Positions 1-13,700 of a stretch of 64,000 nucleotides of DNA are shown here, piece by piece. The notes under the pieces were generated by a model that saw only the letters and a list, made by a program, of their open reading frames with translations, did not search any database and had not been told where the DNA came from. The stretch is from contig MU054323.1 in NCBI GenBank assembly GCA_013239625.1, positions 18,246,819 to 18,310,818 on the forward strand. Reading direction: 5' to 3'. The position numbers and the translations under genes were made by a program. How positions within the stretch are numbered: the stretch's first letter is position 1; every line of letters begins with the position of its first letter. This DNA comes from Lama guanicoe. Its lineage: Eukaryota.

Positions 1-722
1 TGATTACTGTTTACACTAATTAACATGTCACCTTACATAGTTAACATTTTTTCTATGATGAGTGCATCTTGAACCTATTCTCTTAGAATATTTCCAATAT
101 TCAATTCAGTATTATTAACTACAGTCATCATGCTGGCACAGTAGAGCCGTGGACTTACTCATCCTACATACAACTCTGTACCATTTGACCAGCATTTCCC
201 CATATCCCCCACACTACCAGTTTCTGGTAACCACCTTTCTACTCTTTGCTTTTAAAGATTCCATTTTTTTTTAAGATTCCATATATAAGTGAGATCATAC
301 AATATTTATCTTTCCCAGTCTGGCTTGTTTTATCAACATAATGTCCTCCACATTCATTCATGTTGTTGCAAATGACAGGATTTTCATTATTCTCTCTATA
401 TAGAATATTTCATGTATATATTCAATAATATTCAGACACTTGGGTTGGTTGTAGACCTTGGCTATTGTTAATAATGCTGAGTGCAGAGGTCTTTTTCAAA
501 TCCTGATTTCATTTGCTTTGGGTATATAACCAAAAGTGGGACTGTTAGATCTTATGGAGGTTTAATTTTTAAAGTTTTGTGGAAACATTGATACTTTTTT
601 CCACAGAGGCTGCACCAATGTACAGTCCTACCAACAGTGAGCAAGAATTCCCTTTTCTTCACATCCTTGCCAACAAGTTTGTTATTGTTTGTCTTTTGAT
701 AATAGCCATGCCCTAGGTGTGA
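1..722 (-). mobile_element. Old L1 (L1MA/L1MB-like) 3' fragment
   Basis: Reverse complement of a typical L1 ORF2 C-terminus and 3'UTR (agattccatatataagtgagatcatac; aggctgcaccaatgtacagtcctaccaacag). Subfamily is from recognition only. Confidence 0.8.
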
Positions 723-1479
723 TGTATTGAAAACCACAAACTCAACACTTTGGCACTTCTGATCACTATTCAAGTTATGTTCATCAGTGATAAGCATATA
801 TTATTCAGTTTATCTTTCTCTTCTTACTAGAAAATCCATGAGGGGAGGGATGTTTTAAAAATTATATTATTAGCCCAAGTACCTTGATGAGTAGCTTACA
901 TACAATGAAATTATGTTGACTGAATGAAGATATGATATTTCCTATAGTAAGTGCCCAGGAAGATAAGAATGAACAGGACAGACATGTCTCCTGTTTTAGG
1001 GAGCTTATAGGCTATTCACAGTAGTCAAAGCATTTCGAGTTTGAAGAGTTACTACAATACATGAAGTCTAGCTTCAACATTTTATAGATCAGGAAACAAG
1101 GGACCAGAGTTCAATTATCTGGCTCATGAAGTAGCACTCTTCTCACTTCACACTGTGCTTAATAATTCTCACTCATTTCAGTTTGTGCTCACAGTACAAT
1201 AGGGACGACATATGCAAATATGAGACGAGTAAAGCTAACACACATTATAAACAGCAGTATGAGTGCTGCAGGAGCGGTGTGAACAAATAACCCTGAAGTA
1301 GTGCAGAACTGTAAGAAATCTCCATGCCCTAAGATTGGCAACACAACCTTCAACAAGTTGAGAGAGGAGTAAAACAACAACAACGGTAGATACAAGGTAA
1401 CTGAAGTTGTGGGGAGAGAATGAAGGAGAGTGATAAGCTCCCTTGAGTTAACTTAAATCTTTAGGCCTCTATGAATTGC

Positions 1480-2380
1480 AGTCCTGTTAGAGAGCAGACA
1501 CTGACGATGTGGTCACAGATGAAGTCAAGGCGTCATAACAGAAATCAGATGAGAGAACATCCTGTAAGTTTTCAAACAGATAAAATTGGATGACTGAAAT
1601 GAAGAAGTATGTTGAAGAGCTAGCTAAACAAATTGTATGTGAGTTATCAGTGCCAAAGTTGGCCATTACTGGGAGTTGACATATGTTCACTGAATGACAA
1701 GACTTGCTAGAACGGTTTGATATTTTATCTTAAATGAGGTATGGGTACTCACATGTTTGTTGTGTTTATGTATCTGTACATGCACATTTGTGTGTATTTA
1801 AGCAAGGTATTTGACAAAATGTCTCTTAATACCTTGCAGGCATTATGGAGTTAATAATTACCACACTTTGCTGTTACATAGGTGGTTGAATATTCATGTG
1901 CCAATGATTTAGTAATGAATAGATTTCAACCTAGAATGAAGTGTTGCGTCAAGTTCTCTACCTTGTCTCCGTTTTTCCCTAACATTTTATCCAGTATTTG
2001 TACATCAAAACAAAGTACAGTTATGAAATTTGGGGGCTAATATACAGGATGACAGAATCAAATATTCAAAAGATTGAGCAGAAATGGTAATTATAATTTT
2101 AATTACTACATTTTGGAGTAGCTACTATGTGCTGACTAGGCAACTTTATATGCTGCATCTCATTTGGTTAGTAACTTCCCAAAGTAGACATAATTATTCT
2201 AGATTTCTTCTTCTTCCTAAAACAAGTTGTTACAGAAAATGTCTGAAATTTCTGCTTGGAAAATACACAAGACAATAAACTACTTAGTCCTACATAGTAT
2301 AGTATGTCCAAATCCAGACAGTTAGGGAAATATTTAAGGTGTGAACTCACACAAGATTACTGGACAGATAGGAGCTCTGA
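1480..2380 (+). mobile_element. Ancient CR1/L3 LINE remnant, interrupted by other small repeats
   Basis: 1801-1824 reads SKVFDKMS, similar to the CR1 RT motif SKAFDKVS, followed by degenerate CR1-like sequence. Boundaries approximate. Confidence 0.5.
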
Positions 2381-5300
2381 ATGAGTCTTCAACATGAAGT
2401 ACTTGGGGATGAAGGCAAATAAAGCAAAATAACAATAGAATCAAGTTTTCTACATCACAGTAATAACTGATTCCCCCAGCTTCTTAAGAAACCCTAATTC
2501 TGCTTCTCACGATGTATTAATTTGGGTTTCTGTCTATGTGAAAGCGATACTAGTGTGGGCTATCAGCCCTATCGCAGTTAAAGGGCTAGAGTGGGGACCC
2601 GGGAACCCAGCACACTCCCTGACTCGAGGGAGATGAAGCCGAGCCTGGAGGAAACTAAGGCAGCTAGAGCAAGGGTTAGCTAGCATGCGGGAGGTCCTAG
2701 GTTCGATTCCAGAGAGGGAGGGGAGAAGGAGAAGGAAGAGGGAGTTGTGAAAAATACCAGCTTACTCGCTCCACTGGTCTGGCACACGGACTGAGTATAA
2801 GCAATTCGTCAAGCTCCCCATCCAGACTAAGTGAGATCCGTGACTCACCACTCAGAGTCCTCGTTTCATCATCTGGGTGAGGACAATGGCACCCTCCCTG
2901 GATGAGCCAAGATAATGTAACGTAGTCTGTGATGTAGTGTGTCCGGATCTGTCTGTCTATTGAGACCTGGGTTAACATGGATCACGTCATGTATGTGCGG
3001 TTCCTTGGGAGTCCTGCTTGTTTACTTCTCCAGATAAAAAGGCTGATGCAGACTACCCTGGTGGCTGTCCTACCATGTGCCTGATCAAGTAAGGGGCGTA
3101 AGGCTGCTTGACTTGAGAAGTCTCCTGGCTCTGGTCAACCAGCACCTGGATGACAACCCTAGCATCTGGCAGTTCCCAGCTGGTTCATTTGAACGACTGG
3201 TCCTGCTTGGCATGGAGATATTCAGTAAGCCGAGGCCACTGCGAGTGTAACTCGGCCACCTGAGTCCATGCTACTACAGCATCACTCCTGTTACTGAAAA
3301 ATGCCAGTCCTCGTAACTGTGGCCAGCCTAACATATCTAGTTACGGTAGTAAGGAGCCAAAGCTTCAGCAAGACCCGGTCTTAGTCCTGTTTGCTAATAA
3401 GCACTGGCTGTGTGACCTCACAGCAACCTCTCTGTGCTGATACCTCACCTGTAAAAGAGGGAAAATACAAGTCCTCATTTCTATGGCTGCTAAGATGATT
3501 AAAAGAAGTAATGCAAAAAGGCTTAATAGCAGGGTGTCTGGAAACCAGTAGGTGCACAACACATGCTCCCCAGTATTTATATATCAGGAATCTTTGCTCT
3601 GGTGATAACAAAGGGAATGTTGACAATTTAGAGTTAATAATAGACCTTATGTAGGACCATGAGAAAATGTGGTTCTGTCCTTGACGTCCAGAAATGGTCG
3701 TAGTGAGATGGACAACTGTTAACATTTATGTGGCTTTGTAGGTGAGACACTATATATAGAGAGTCTCTTTTAATCCACAAAACAGCCCTATAAGTACTAT
3801 TATTATCCCCATTTTACAGATGAGAAAACTGAAGCCCAGACTAGAAGACAACTGACCCAAGTTATATAGCCAGTAAGACATGAAGCCAGGATTCAGACCA
3901 AATGCTGTGACCCTAGCTGTAGTGCATGTTCTTAACTGAAAGTCCACGGGGTGCTGATCAGGTAACTGACATATTTTAAACTTGAAAATGGAAAGAGTCC
4001 AAAGAAAATGTGCAGAAATCTCACGTTCAACTATGATTGTAACTACACACTGTTAAGACAGCTGATCATTTTCAGATATCACTGACTGATAGAGTCAGAA
4101 ATTTTAAGTTCCTGGCTTCTCCCAGAATTATACTTAGTCTTCCTAAAAATCACCTACAAATGGGCTTGAATGAATCTACATTTTAAGAAAAGTTTTTGAT
4201 ACTTTGAATTTTGAGCCATAATTCTATTGCTGTTACAATGAACACTTTAATAATACCAAGTCCATGAGGGTTAAAAAATGGTAAGATTGAGTCAAGCAAT
4301 ATTTTGAAAAGGAAGGGCAGCTCTAGGGCTGAACCAGACAGCTGAATTACTTGTCATTTCCCCAAGCCAGCTGGCTTGTTATTAGACAGATACAACTGAA
4401 ACTCACCTCTTCCCTCAAAAACAGTCCAGAGCCGCCCTACACAGAACCGTGTCTCCCCAGTTCTCTTCTCCCTCCTTCCCAATCATCTCCCTCTTTCTCT
4501 CTTAACCCTCCTCACATTTGAAGCCTGGTTCTTTCTTCTATGCTTTGTTCTATTTTGGGAACCTCCATCTCCTATCTGAATCTTCTCCAATCCTCTTCCC
4601 CTCCTTCTCAAGTCCTGCTTTAGAGATGGGGCACCTGTAAGCTTTACCAGGTCTCACCAGAGCTAGACATAGCTGCGAAGGAAAAAAATAAAACAAACCG
4701 TCATGCCCGTCTCCAGGCAGCCTTAATGAGTCACAGAGGAGGCTGCCTGTCACGTGGCTATATTGCTGTGATTTTCTAAGTCTGTGGATCCAGACAATAC
4801 ACTGAAGACACCAACCTGGTCTTTATTCCACACAGACATTGTCTTTTTGAAGAGGCTGCTTTGTGCACTGTCAGCTCAGGAGAATGTGAAAACTATTAAA
4901 AGCAGGCAAACAGAGACAACTCAATTAACAGAAAAGATCACTGCATACAACTTCAACCCAGCACTGGAGGCAGCTGGTAAAACTTGACAAGAGCTCTAGA
5001 AAGTTCTGAGAATTCTCCCATTTCTGATTTCTTCTTGCCTTGACCTGATGTAACATTTCCCCCTATGAATGAATGATACGGTGCAAAAAGGCCTATGTGT
5101 CTAATAGAAGTCTTAAAAATCCACAAAATCTTTGATAAGCAATTCTACTTCTGGGAGTTTGGAAGCAATTTTACAAGTGTGAGTTTATGGATGGGGATGG
5201 TCAGGGCAGAGTTTTAGTTGTTCCCGATTTTTCTCTAACATAAAACTACCCAATTATCCCTACTTTTTTGTAAAATAAATTGCAGCTTCATGTAACAGCA

Positions 5301-5499
5301 CTGTAAAATTGTTAGAATCGTGACATAGTGGTACACTAACTAGCAAAGAAAAACTGATGATGCACTGCTAAGAGAGAAAACAGGTTATGTAACTATGTCT
5401 AGTATGAGTCCATTAAAAAGTGTGGGTAAATATTCGACATGTCTTTGTATACACATTTTTGTGCACCTTAAGTATCCCCAGGATTTTAAAATTAGAAAG

Positions 5500-8075
5500 A
5501 CAGGAGATCCAGATGGAGTAAGAGGACATGGAACTCACTGAAAACCAACTGGAAACTGGCAGAGGGGCTCCTGTACAACCAAGGCTGTAAGAAAGACACG
5601 TAATCAGGGAGGAAGGGAAGAAGAGTGATTGGTCTGGGACCTGGGCCCCTAGAAGGGGACTCAAGAGGAAAATGGAGATGACAAGAATGGACCTGGAAGT
5701 GAGCAGGTCAAGCCACAGACCAGGCGTCCCATGCCTGGGGCCCTATGTGGAGGACACAAGTCCCCTTGACTGGTGGGAGGCCTGCGGGTCAGACAGAAGC
5801 TGGGGAGGCACGGATGCTGCCTGTGAGGAGTGCGCATGTGCCGACTGGATCCTGACGCAGGGCAGAGGAGGTCGGCCCGAGCGGCTCCCAGGGTGCCAGT
5901 GACCGCCTCGCTGCACTTCCCATTCTGACCTGAGCAGGCACTCTGGGCCCACACTCTCCATGCCATGGTGCACTACTGGACCTGGGCAGCCAGGACCGGG
6001 GAAGACTAGACCATAGGACACAGAGGTGACCCATCCCAGGAAGGAGCCCAGATGGGCAGCAAGGCCACTGTTGGTGCTTACTCAGGCAGCACCCCAGAAG
6101 CTGCCAAGATTGTTGATGGTGGCCCCTCTGCCATAGCTAACCTCCCAACACACACTGCGGGCCCACGCAGGTCTCTGCCCGACCAGAGTGCTTCTACAGC
6201 AGAGCAGGGAGTGGCTGAGAGAGACGAAGGAGGCTCACACCCCAGGCTGTGTCTGAGCAGAGTAGCAGATGCCTATTCAGGCATCGGACCTCTGTCTATG
6301 CACAGGCCCCACATGCTTCAGCACACCCTCTGGGGCAAAGGTCCCAGTGCAGGGAGAGGGCACAACAGACACTTAAAGGGAACAGAGTCAACTCGAGCTC
6401 AATCCTCAAAGCTTCTGCTCCAGCAGCTTGGGATCAGACCCTGCCCCTGAGAAGACAATGATGGCCCCTGAGCAGTGAGGAAGTCCTGCCTAATACCCAG
6501 CACTGGCTCTAGCCCCTCTCTCTCCAGCCCTACCCCCCACCAAGGTGCTAGCTGCCAGCACATGCTGAAGAAAGAGGTGACCAGCATCCACGTGACACCC
6601 AGCCCTCTCACCAAAGGCACTGAGCACACGCAGTCTGTATAGGGACAACGCTTCCATATAAGAACACCCCTTCAAGACTGCAATAAGGAGCTGTTTCACC
6701 TAAATTCATAGAGGCAGAGAAAGGCAAAATGAAAAAGGCAGAGGAACTACTCAAAATAGAAAAAACCCGAGAAAATCCCAGAAAATATAATGAAACAAAT
6801 AAATTGTTTATCGGATAAAAAATTCAAAACTATTAATAAGAATGCTAACTAAATTAGGGAAAGCAACGGATGAACACAGTGATATCTGTAATAAGGAACT
6901 AGGAAACATAAGGCCCAGTCAGAACTCACAAATTGAGTAACATAATGAACACTTAGAAGCGATCTCTGGCATAACTTAATTATTTCAACGTTCACATTAC
7001 AGGGGTTCTAGAAGGAGAGGAGGGAAGGGGATAAAAAATGTGTTTGAGGAAATTATGGCTGAAAACCTCCCAAATCTGAAGAAAGATACATATCCAGTAC
7101 AGGAAGCACAGAGGGTCATAAATAAGATGAACCCAAATAGCCCCTAACCAAGGAACGTCATAATTACGATGAAAAAAGAATTCTAAAGGCAGCAAGAGAA
7201 AAAACAGAGTCATATACAAGGGAATCCCCTTAAGGTTATCAGCTGACTTCTCTGCAGAAACTTTTCAGTCTAGAAGGGAGTGGTATGATTAAGTGCTGAA
7301 AGGGAAAAATCTGCAACCGAGGATACTTCACCCAGTTAGGTTATCATTTAGAATTGAAGGAGAGAGAAAGAAATTTTCTTACAAGCAAAAGCTAAAAAAT
7401 TTCATCAATATTAAACCTACCCTAAAAAAAAACGTTGAAGGGTCTTATCTAAATAGAAAAGACTCTATAGGAAAGGAAAAATCCCACTATATGTAGTAAG
7501 GGCTGAGGATCAACCACTTAAATAAACCAGTATGTAGATTAAAAGTCAAAATTACAAAAGCAACTATAACTACAATAAAAAGTTAAGGAATCAGCATGAA
7601 GATGTAAAAGTATGACATCAAAAACACAAAATGTGAAGGAGGGGAATAAAAATGTAGGTATCTTAGAATATGTCTGAACTTAAATAACTACCAGTTTAAA
7701 AGAAGTACATATAATTACAGGTCAACATATATGAACCCCACGGTGACCATAAATCAAAAACCTACAATAGATATAACAAAAGCCAGAAAGTCATGAACAC
7801 AAACATACTACTAAAGAAAATCAACCAAAAAGAAAACAAAAAGGAGAAAAAAATAAACAGAGAAAAATTACAAAAGCAACCAGAAAACAAGTAATGAAAT
7901 GAGAGGAAGCACATACCTATCAACAATTCATTTAAAAGTCAGTGGACTAAGTGCTCCAATCAAAGACATAGATAGATAGGGTGGTTGACTGGACTGAAAA
8001 ACAGCATGTTTCAGTATGCTCCCTATACGAGATTCACTTCAGGGATAAAGACTTACACAGACTCAAAATGAGCAG
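5500..8075 (+). mobile_element. L1 element A (old, degenerate), 5' part: 5'UTR, broken ORF1, inter-ORF spacer and first ~175 nt of ORF2
   Basis: The 5' end resembles the start of element C (ccagatgg..gag.a.gagga). ORF1 remnant LKGKNLQPRILHPVRLSFRIEGE at 7293-7450. EN remnant VDWTEKQ..EIHFRDKDLHRLKM ends at 8075. Start coordinate approximate. Confidence 0.9.
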
Positions 8076-9001
8076 ATACAGCCCGGGGCAGATAGGATCC
8101 TTCCACCCTGGTCCCTCAGAGAACTTGCTCCACAAAGACAAACAAGGAGCTGGGTTTTGGCTCCGAGCAGGGACAAGGCTGTCCCTCCGTCTTCCCCGAG
8201 TCCACCCGCGGAGCGCCGACCAGGGCGGAGCGCGCAGCCGCACAGAGCAGCGGAGCTACCGGCGGCGCAGGCAGGGGGAGAGCGGCCCCACCGCCTGTCG
8301 GGCAGGAACACAGCCTCTGACCGAGGTGCTGGGAGAGGGCACGACCTGCCCTCCTGCCTGGCCAGTCTGCCACACCTGACTGCGGCATCCGGAGGGGCAG
8401 TGACCCGCCCCCGCCCGCAGCGGAGGAGAGCTGCATCTGACCCCGTGTTAGGAGGAGGCGCGATCTGCTTGCCAACAGGTGCTGGGAGCAGCACAGAAGA
8501 GGGCGCCAACGGAGGGCCTATGAAAACAAGCTGAGCTTCCAAAACAGGACGAAGACAGAAGGACTTCACATTAAAAGCACACAGACTCCAGGAGAACACC
8601 GACAACCCCCCCCCTTTTTTTTTTTAAAAACTTGTTTTTACCTGTTCTATTTTCTATTACTCTCTTAATTTTTAATTCTTAATTCATTTATGTTTCTCTT
8701 GGGTTTTGATGTCCTGTTATTGACTAGACACAGGTTCCAAATACATCTATTCATCTCCCCCCCACTTTTTTTTTTAAGGTTTTAAAAGGATGTCTCAACC
8801 CGATTAATACTCTGCTTCAACTCGCTCTTCTATTATTCTTTATACACTGTTTTCAAACCCTCTTTCTCCCTTCTTTTAAAATTCTTTCTATTTTTTCTTT
8901 TTTCCCCCTAAGTTCTATTCCTAAATAGGCATTAGATAGATAAAAACCTTAAGATCCAAAATAGACAACTGATACTCCATAAACCACAGTGCCAGAGAGG
9001 T

Positions 9002-10364
9002 ATGAGCAAGATGAAGAAGCAGAGAAACCTTTCCCAATTAAAAGAACAAGAGAAATCCCCTGAAAGAAAGATCAATGAAATAGACATCAATAGCCTACTA
9101 GATCAAGATTTCAAAAAAGGAGGGATCAAATTGCTGAAGGAATTAAAAGAGATAGTGTTTAGAGATATAAAATATGTCAAAAATGAAATAGAACCACTGT
9201 CAACATAATGCCGTTTGCAGCAACATGGATGCTCCTAGAGAATGTCATTCTAAGTGAAGTAAGCCAGAAAGAGAAAGAAAAATACCATATGAGATCACTC
9301 ATATGTGGAATCTAAAACACAAAAACAAACAAACAAACAAAAACAAAGCATAAATACAGGACAGAAATAGACTCATGGACAGAGAATACAGACTTGTGGT
9401 TACCAGGGGGGCAGAGGGTGGGAAGGGATAGACGGGGATTTCAAAATTGTAGAATAGATAAACAAGATTACACTGTATAGCACAGGGAAATATACACAAA
9501 ATGTTATGATAAATCACAGAGAAAAAATGTGACAATGAGTGTGTATATGTCCATGAATGACTGAAAAATTGTGCTGAACACTGGAATTTGACACAACATT
9601 GTAAAATGATTATAAATCAATAAAACATGTTTAAAAAAACCAATGAAATTGAAGCTATAAAGAAGAGCCAAGTAGAATGGGTAAACTCATTGACAGAGAT
9701 GAGGAATGACCTAATTGCTGTGCAAAGCCGACTAGATAATGCAGAGGAAGGAATTAGTGATCTAGAAGACAGGGCAATAGAAAGCACCCATTCAGAAGAA
9801 CTACAAGATAAGCAAATAAAAAATAATGAAAATAGCATAAGGGACCTATGGGATAATATAAAGCATCCCAATCTTTGCATACTAGGGGTCCCAGATGGGG
9901 AAGAAGGATCAAAGTGGATTGAAAAGGTTTTTGAAGAAATCATGACTGAAAACTTCCCAAACTTACAGAAGGAATCAGGTATCCAAGTACAGGAAGCTCA
10001 GAGGGTCCCAAACAAGAAGAACCCAAATAGACCCACACCAAGACATATCATAATCAAGATGGCCAGAGTCAAGGATAAAGAAATGATTCTAAAGGCAGCA
10101 AGAGAAAAGCAAAGAGTGAGTTACAAGGGAACCCCCATAAGGCTCTCAGCTGATTTCTCTACACAAACACTACAGGCCAGAAGGGAGTGGCAAGATACAT
10201 TTAAAGCCCTGAATGAAAAACAGATGCAGCCTAGGATACTATATCCAGCAAGGCTATCCTTTAGGATAGAAGGAGAAATAAAGAGTTTCACAGACAAAAA
10301 AAAGCTGCAGGAGTTTAGCAACACTAAGCCCATGTTAAAAGAAATATTGAAAGGGCTATTCTAA
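9002..10364 (+). pseudogene. L1 ORF1p of element B, split by nested insertion D
   Basis: 9002-9193 (64 codons, MSKMKKQRN...KNEIE) joins in frame to 9654-10364 (AIKKSQ...ILKGLF*), giving a stop-free 300-aa ORF1p with coiled coil, RRM (NLCILGVP, RPTPRHIIIK) and CTD (ARREW, YPARLSF). Confidence 0.93.
9194..9641 (+). mobile_element. L1 element D: ~450-bp 5'-truncated L1 (ORF2 tail and 3'UTR) of the same subfamily as B
   Basis: About 10 differences over ~435 nt versus B's own 3' end (14446-14881), counted by eye. AATAAA at 9619-9624 and an A-run follow. The flanking repeat is AATGAAATAGAA (9182-9193) / AATGAAATTGAA (9642-9653), 11/12 match. Confidence 0.92.
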
Positions 10365-10762
10365 ATAGAAAAGCAGCAGGATGCTACAGAAATGAGAAAC
10401 GTACAACTGGAAAGGTGATAACTCATGAATTACAAATAAAGAAAACACGAAATTATAAAAGAAGACATACAAATCACTGAGAGTGGGAGAGGGAGGCAGG
10501 GAAATATAGAATTTTTTTTCTTTCTTTTTTTAAATTTTTTTAACAGTAGGGTAGGATGGGTATCATGTTATTATCAGTTTATTAAAAACGGGTATAGGTT
10601 AATAGATTTACAAAAAAGGGTAACCACAAGTCAAAAATTTACAAGGGAGTCACAAAAATTAAATAAAATAAAATAAAATACAAAGGAAAATTACCAAACC
10701 ACAAAAGGAAGAAGAAAGGAACAAAGAGGATATACCAATTCAACTGCAAAGATAAGTTCAAA

Positions 10763-13700
10763 ATGGCAATAAACACACATCTATCATTAATTACTGTAAA
10801 TGTTAATGGACTAAATGCTCCAGTCAAAAGACATAGAGTGGCAGACTGGATAATAAAGCAAGAACCTTCAATATGCTGCATACAAGAGACCCACTTTAGG
10901 GAGAAGGACACATATAGATTGAGAGTGAAAGGATGGAAAAGGATATTCCATGCAAATGGAAAAGCCAAAAAAGCAGGTGTTGCAGTACTGATTTCAGACA
11001 AAATAGACTTTAAAACAAAGGCCATAAAGAAAGATAAAGAAGGACATTTTATAATGATTAAAGGAGTGATACAAGATGAAGATATTACACTCGTTAATAT
11101 ATATGCACCCAATATAGGAGCACCTAAGTACATACAAGAATTACTAACAGAGATAAAGGGGGATATTGATGGGAATACAATCATAGTTGGAGATTTTAAC
11201 ACTGCATTAACATCACTAGACAGATCTTCCAGACAGAAAATAAACAAGGCAACAGAGAAATTAAATACTACAATAGAAAAACTAGATTTGGTGGATATTT
11301 TCAGAGCTTTACACCCCCAAAAAATAGAATATACATTCTTTTCAAGTGCACATGGAACATTTTCCAGGATCGATCATGTACTTGGACACAAAAGAAACCT
11401 CAACAAATTTAAGAAGATAGAAATTATCTCAAGCATCTTTACTGACCACAATGCCATGAAACTGGAAATCAACAACAGAGAAACAAAGGAGAAAAAAAGA
11501 AAAGCATGGAGATTAAACAATATGTTATTGAAAAAACAATGGATCAATGAGGAAATCAAAGCTGAAATTAAAAAATACCTTGAGACAAATGATAATGAAA
11601 GCACAACCACTCAAAACCTATGGGACACAGCAAAGGCAGTGCTAAGAGGGAAGTTTATAGCGATACAGGCCTTCCTCAAAAAAGAAGAACAATCTCAAAT
11701 AAACAAGTTAACCCACCACCTGAATCAATTAGAAAAAGAAGAACAAAAAGCCCCAAAAAGCAGCAGAAGGAAGGAAATAATAAAGATCAGAGAGGAATTA
11801 AATACAATAGAGATTAACAAGACCATAGAAAAAATCAACCAAACCAAAAGCTGGTTTTTTGAAAAAGTAAATAAAATCGACAAACCTCTGGCCAAACTCA
11901 CAAAGAAGAAAAAAGAGAGAGCACAAATTAGCAAAATAAGAAAGGAAAATGGAGAAATTACAACAAACAAAATAGAAATACAGAATATCATACGAGAATA
12001 TTATGAAAAACTATATGGAACCAAACTGGATAACCTAGAGGAGATGGACAAGTTTCTGGAAACATACTGTCCACCAAAACTGAATCAAGAAGAAACTGAA
12101 CACTTGAACAATCCGATCACTAGAAAGGAAATAGAAATAGCAATTAAAAACCTCCCTACAAATAAAAGTCCAGGACCGGATGGCTTCACCGGGGAATTCT
12201 ACCAAACATACAAAGAAGAACTCATACCAGTCCTTCTCAAACTCTTCCAGACGATTGAAAAGGAGGGAATACTCCCAAACTCATTCTATGAAGCCACCAT
12301 CACCCTGATACCAAAACCAGGCAAAGACACTACAAAAAAAGAGAATTATAGGCCAATATCACTGATGAACATAGACGCCAAAATCCTCACCAAAATTTTA
12401 GCAAATAGAATCCAACAACACATAAAAAAGATTATACATCATGACCAAGTGGGGTTCATCCCAGGGACACAAGGCTGGTTCAACATACGCAAATCAATCA
12501 ATGTAATACATCACATCAACAAGAGAAAGGACAAAAACCACATGATCATCTCAATCGATGCAGAAAAAGCATTTGATAAAATTCAACACCCATTTATGAT
12601 AAAAACTCTCGCCAAAGTGGGTATAGAGGGAACATATCTCAACATAATAAAAGCTATATATGACAAACCTATAGCCAGCATAGTTCTCAACGGTGAAAAA
12701 CTCAAAAGCTTCCCACTAAAATCTGGGACAAGACAAGGATGCCCACTATCACCACTCCTATTCAATATAGTCCTGGAAGTCCTAGCCACAGCAATCAGGC
12801 AAGAGAAAGAAATAAAAGGGATCCAAATTGGAAAAGAAGAGGTAAAAGTGTCATTATATGCTGACGACATGTTACTATATATAGAAAACCCTAAAAGGTC
12901 CACAAAAAAGCTACTAGAGCTGATCGAAGAATTCAGCAAGGTAGCAGGTTACAAAATTAATGTTCAAAAATCAGTTGCCTTTCTTTACACTAACGATAAA
13001 TCAACAGAAAAAGAAAGTAAAGAAACAATCCCCTTTAAAATAGCACCCAAAGTAATAAAATATCTGGGAATAAATCTAACCAAGGAGGTGAAAGAATTAT
13101 ACACAGAAAACTATAAACCATTGATGAAGGAAATTAAAGAAGACTTTAAAAAATGGAAAGATATTCCATGCTCTTGGATTGGAAGAATCAATATTGTTAA
13201 AATGGTCACACTGCCCAAGGCAATCTACAGATTTAATGCAATCCCTATCCAATTACCCAGGACATATTTCACAGAACTAGAACAAATCATAATAAAATTT
13301 ATATGGAACCATCAAAGACCTAGAATTGCTAAAGCATTACTGAAGAGAAAGAAAGAGGCTGGAGGAATAACTCTCCCAGACTTCAGACAATACTATAGAG
13401 CTACAGTCATCAAGACAGCATGGTATTGGTACCAAAACAGACATATAGACCAATGGAACAGAATAGAGAGCCCAGAAATGAACCCACAAACTTTTGGTCA
13501 ACTCATCTTCGACAAAGGAGGCAAGAATATACAATGGAATAAAGACAGTCTCTTCAGCAAATGGTGTTGGGAAAACTGGACAGCAGCATGTAAAACAATG
13601 AAGCTAGAACACACCCTTACACCATATACAAAAATCAACTCAAAATGGATTAAAGACTTAAACATAAGACAAGATACAATAAACCTCCTAGAGGAAAACA

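Noticed and set aside
2554..3350. GC-richer block that might be an ancient LTR
   Set aside because: No clear termini, TSD or family recognition from the sequence alone.
8063..8605. 180-aa antisense ORF in the 5'UTR of L1 B
   Set aside because: TTG start, GC-rich, runs across the insertion junction, and no recognisable domain.
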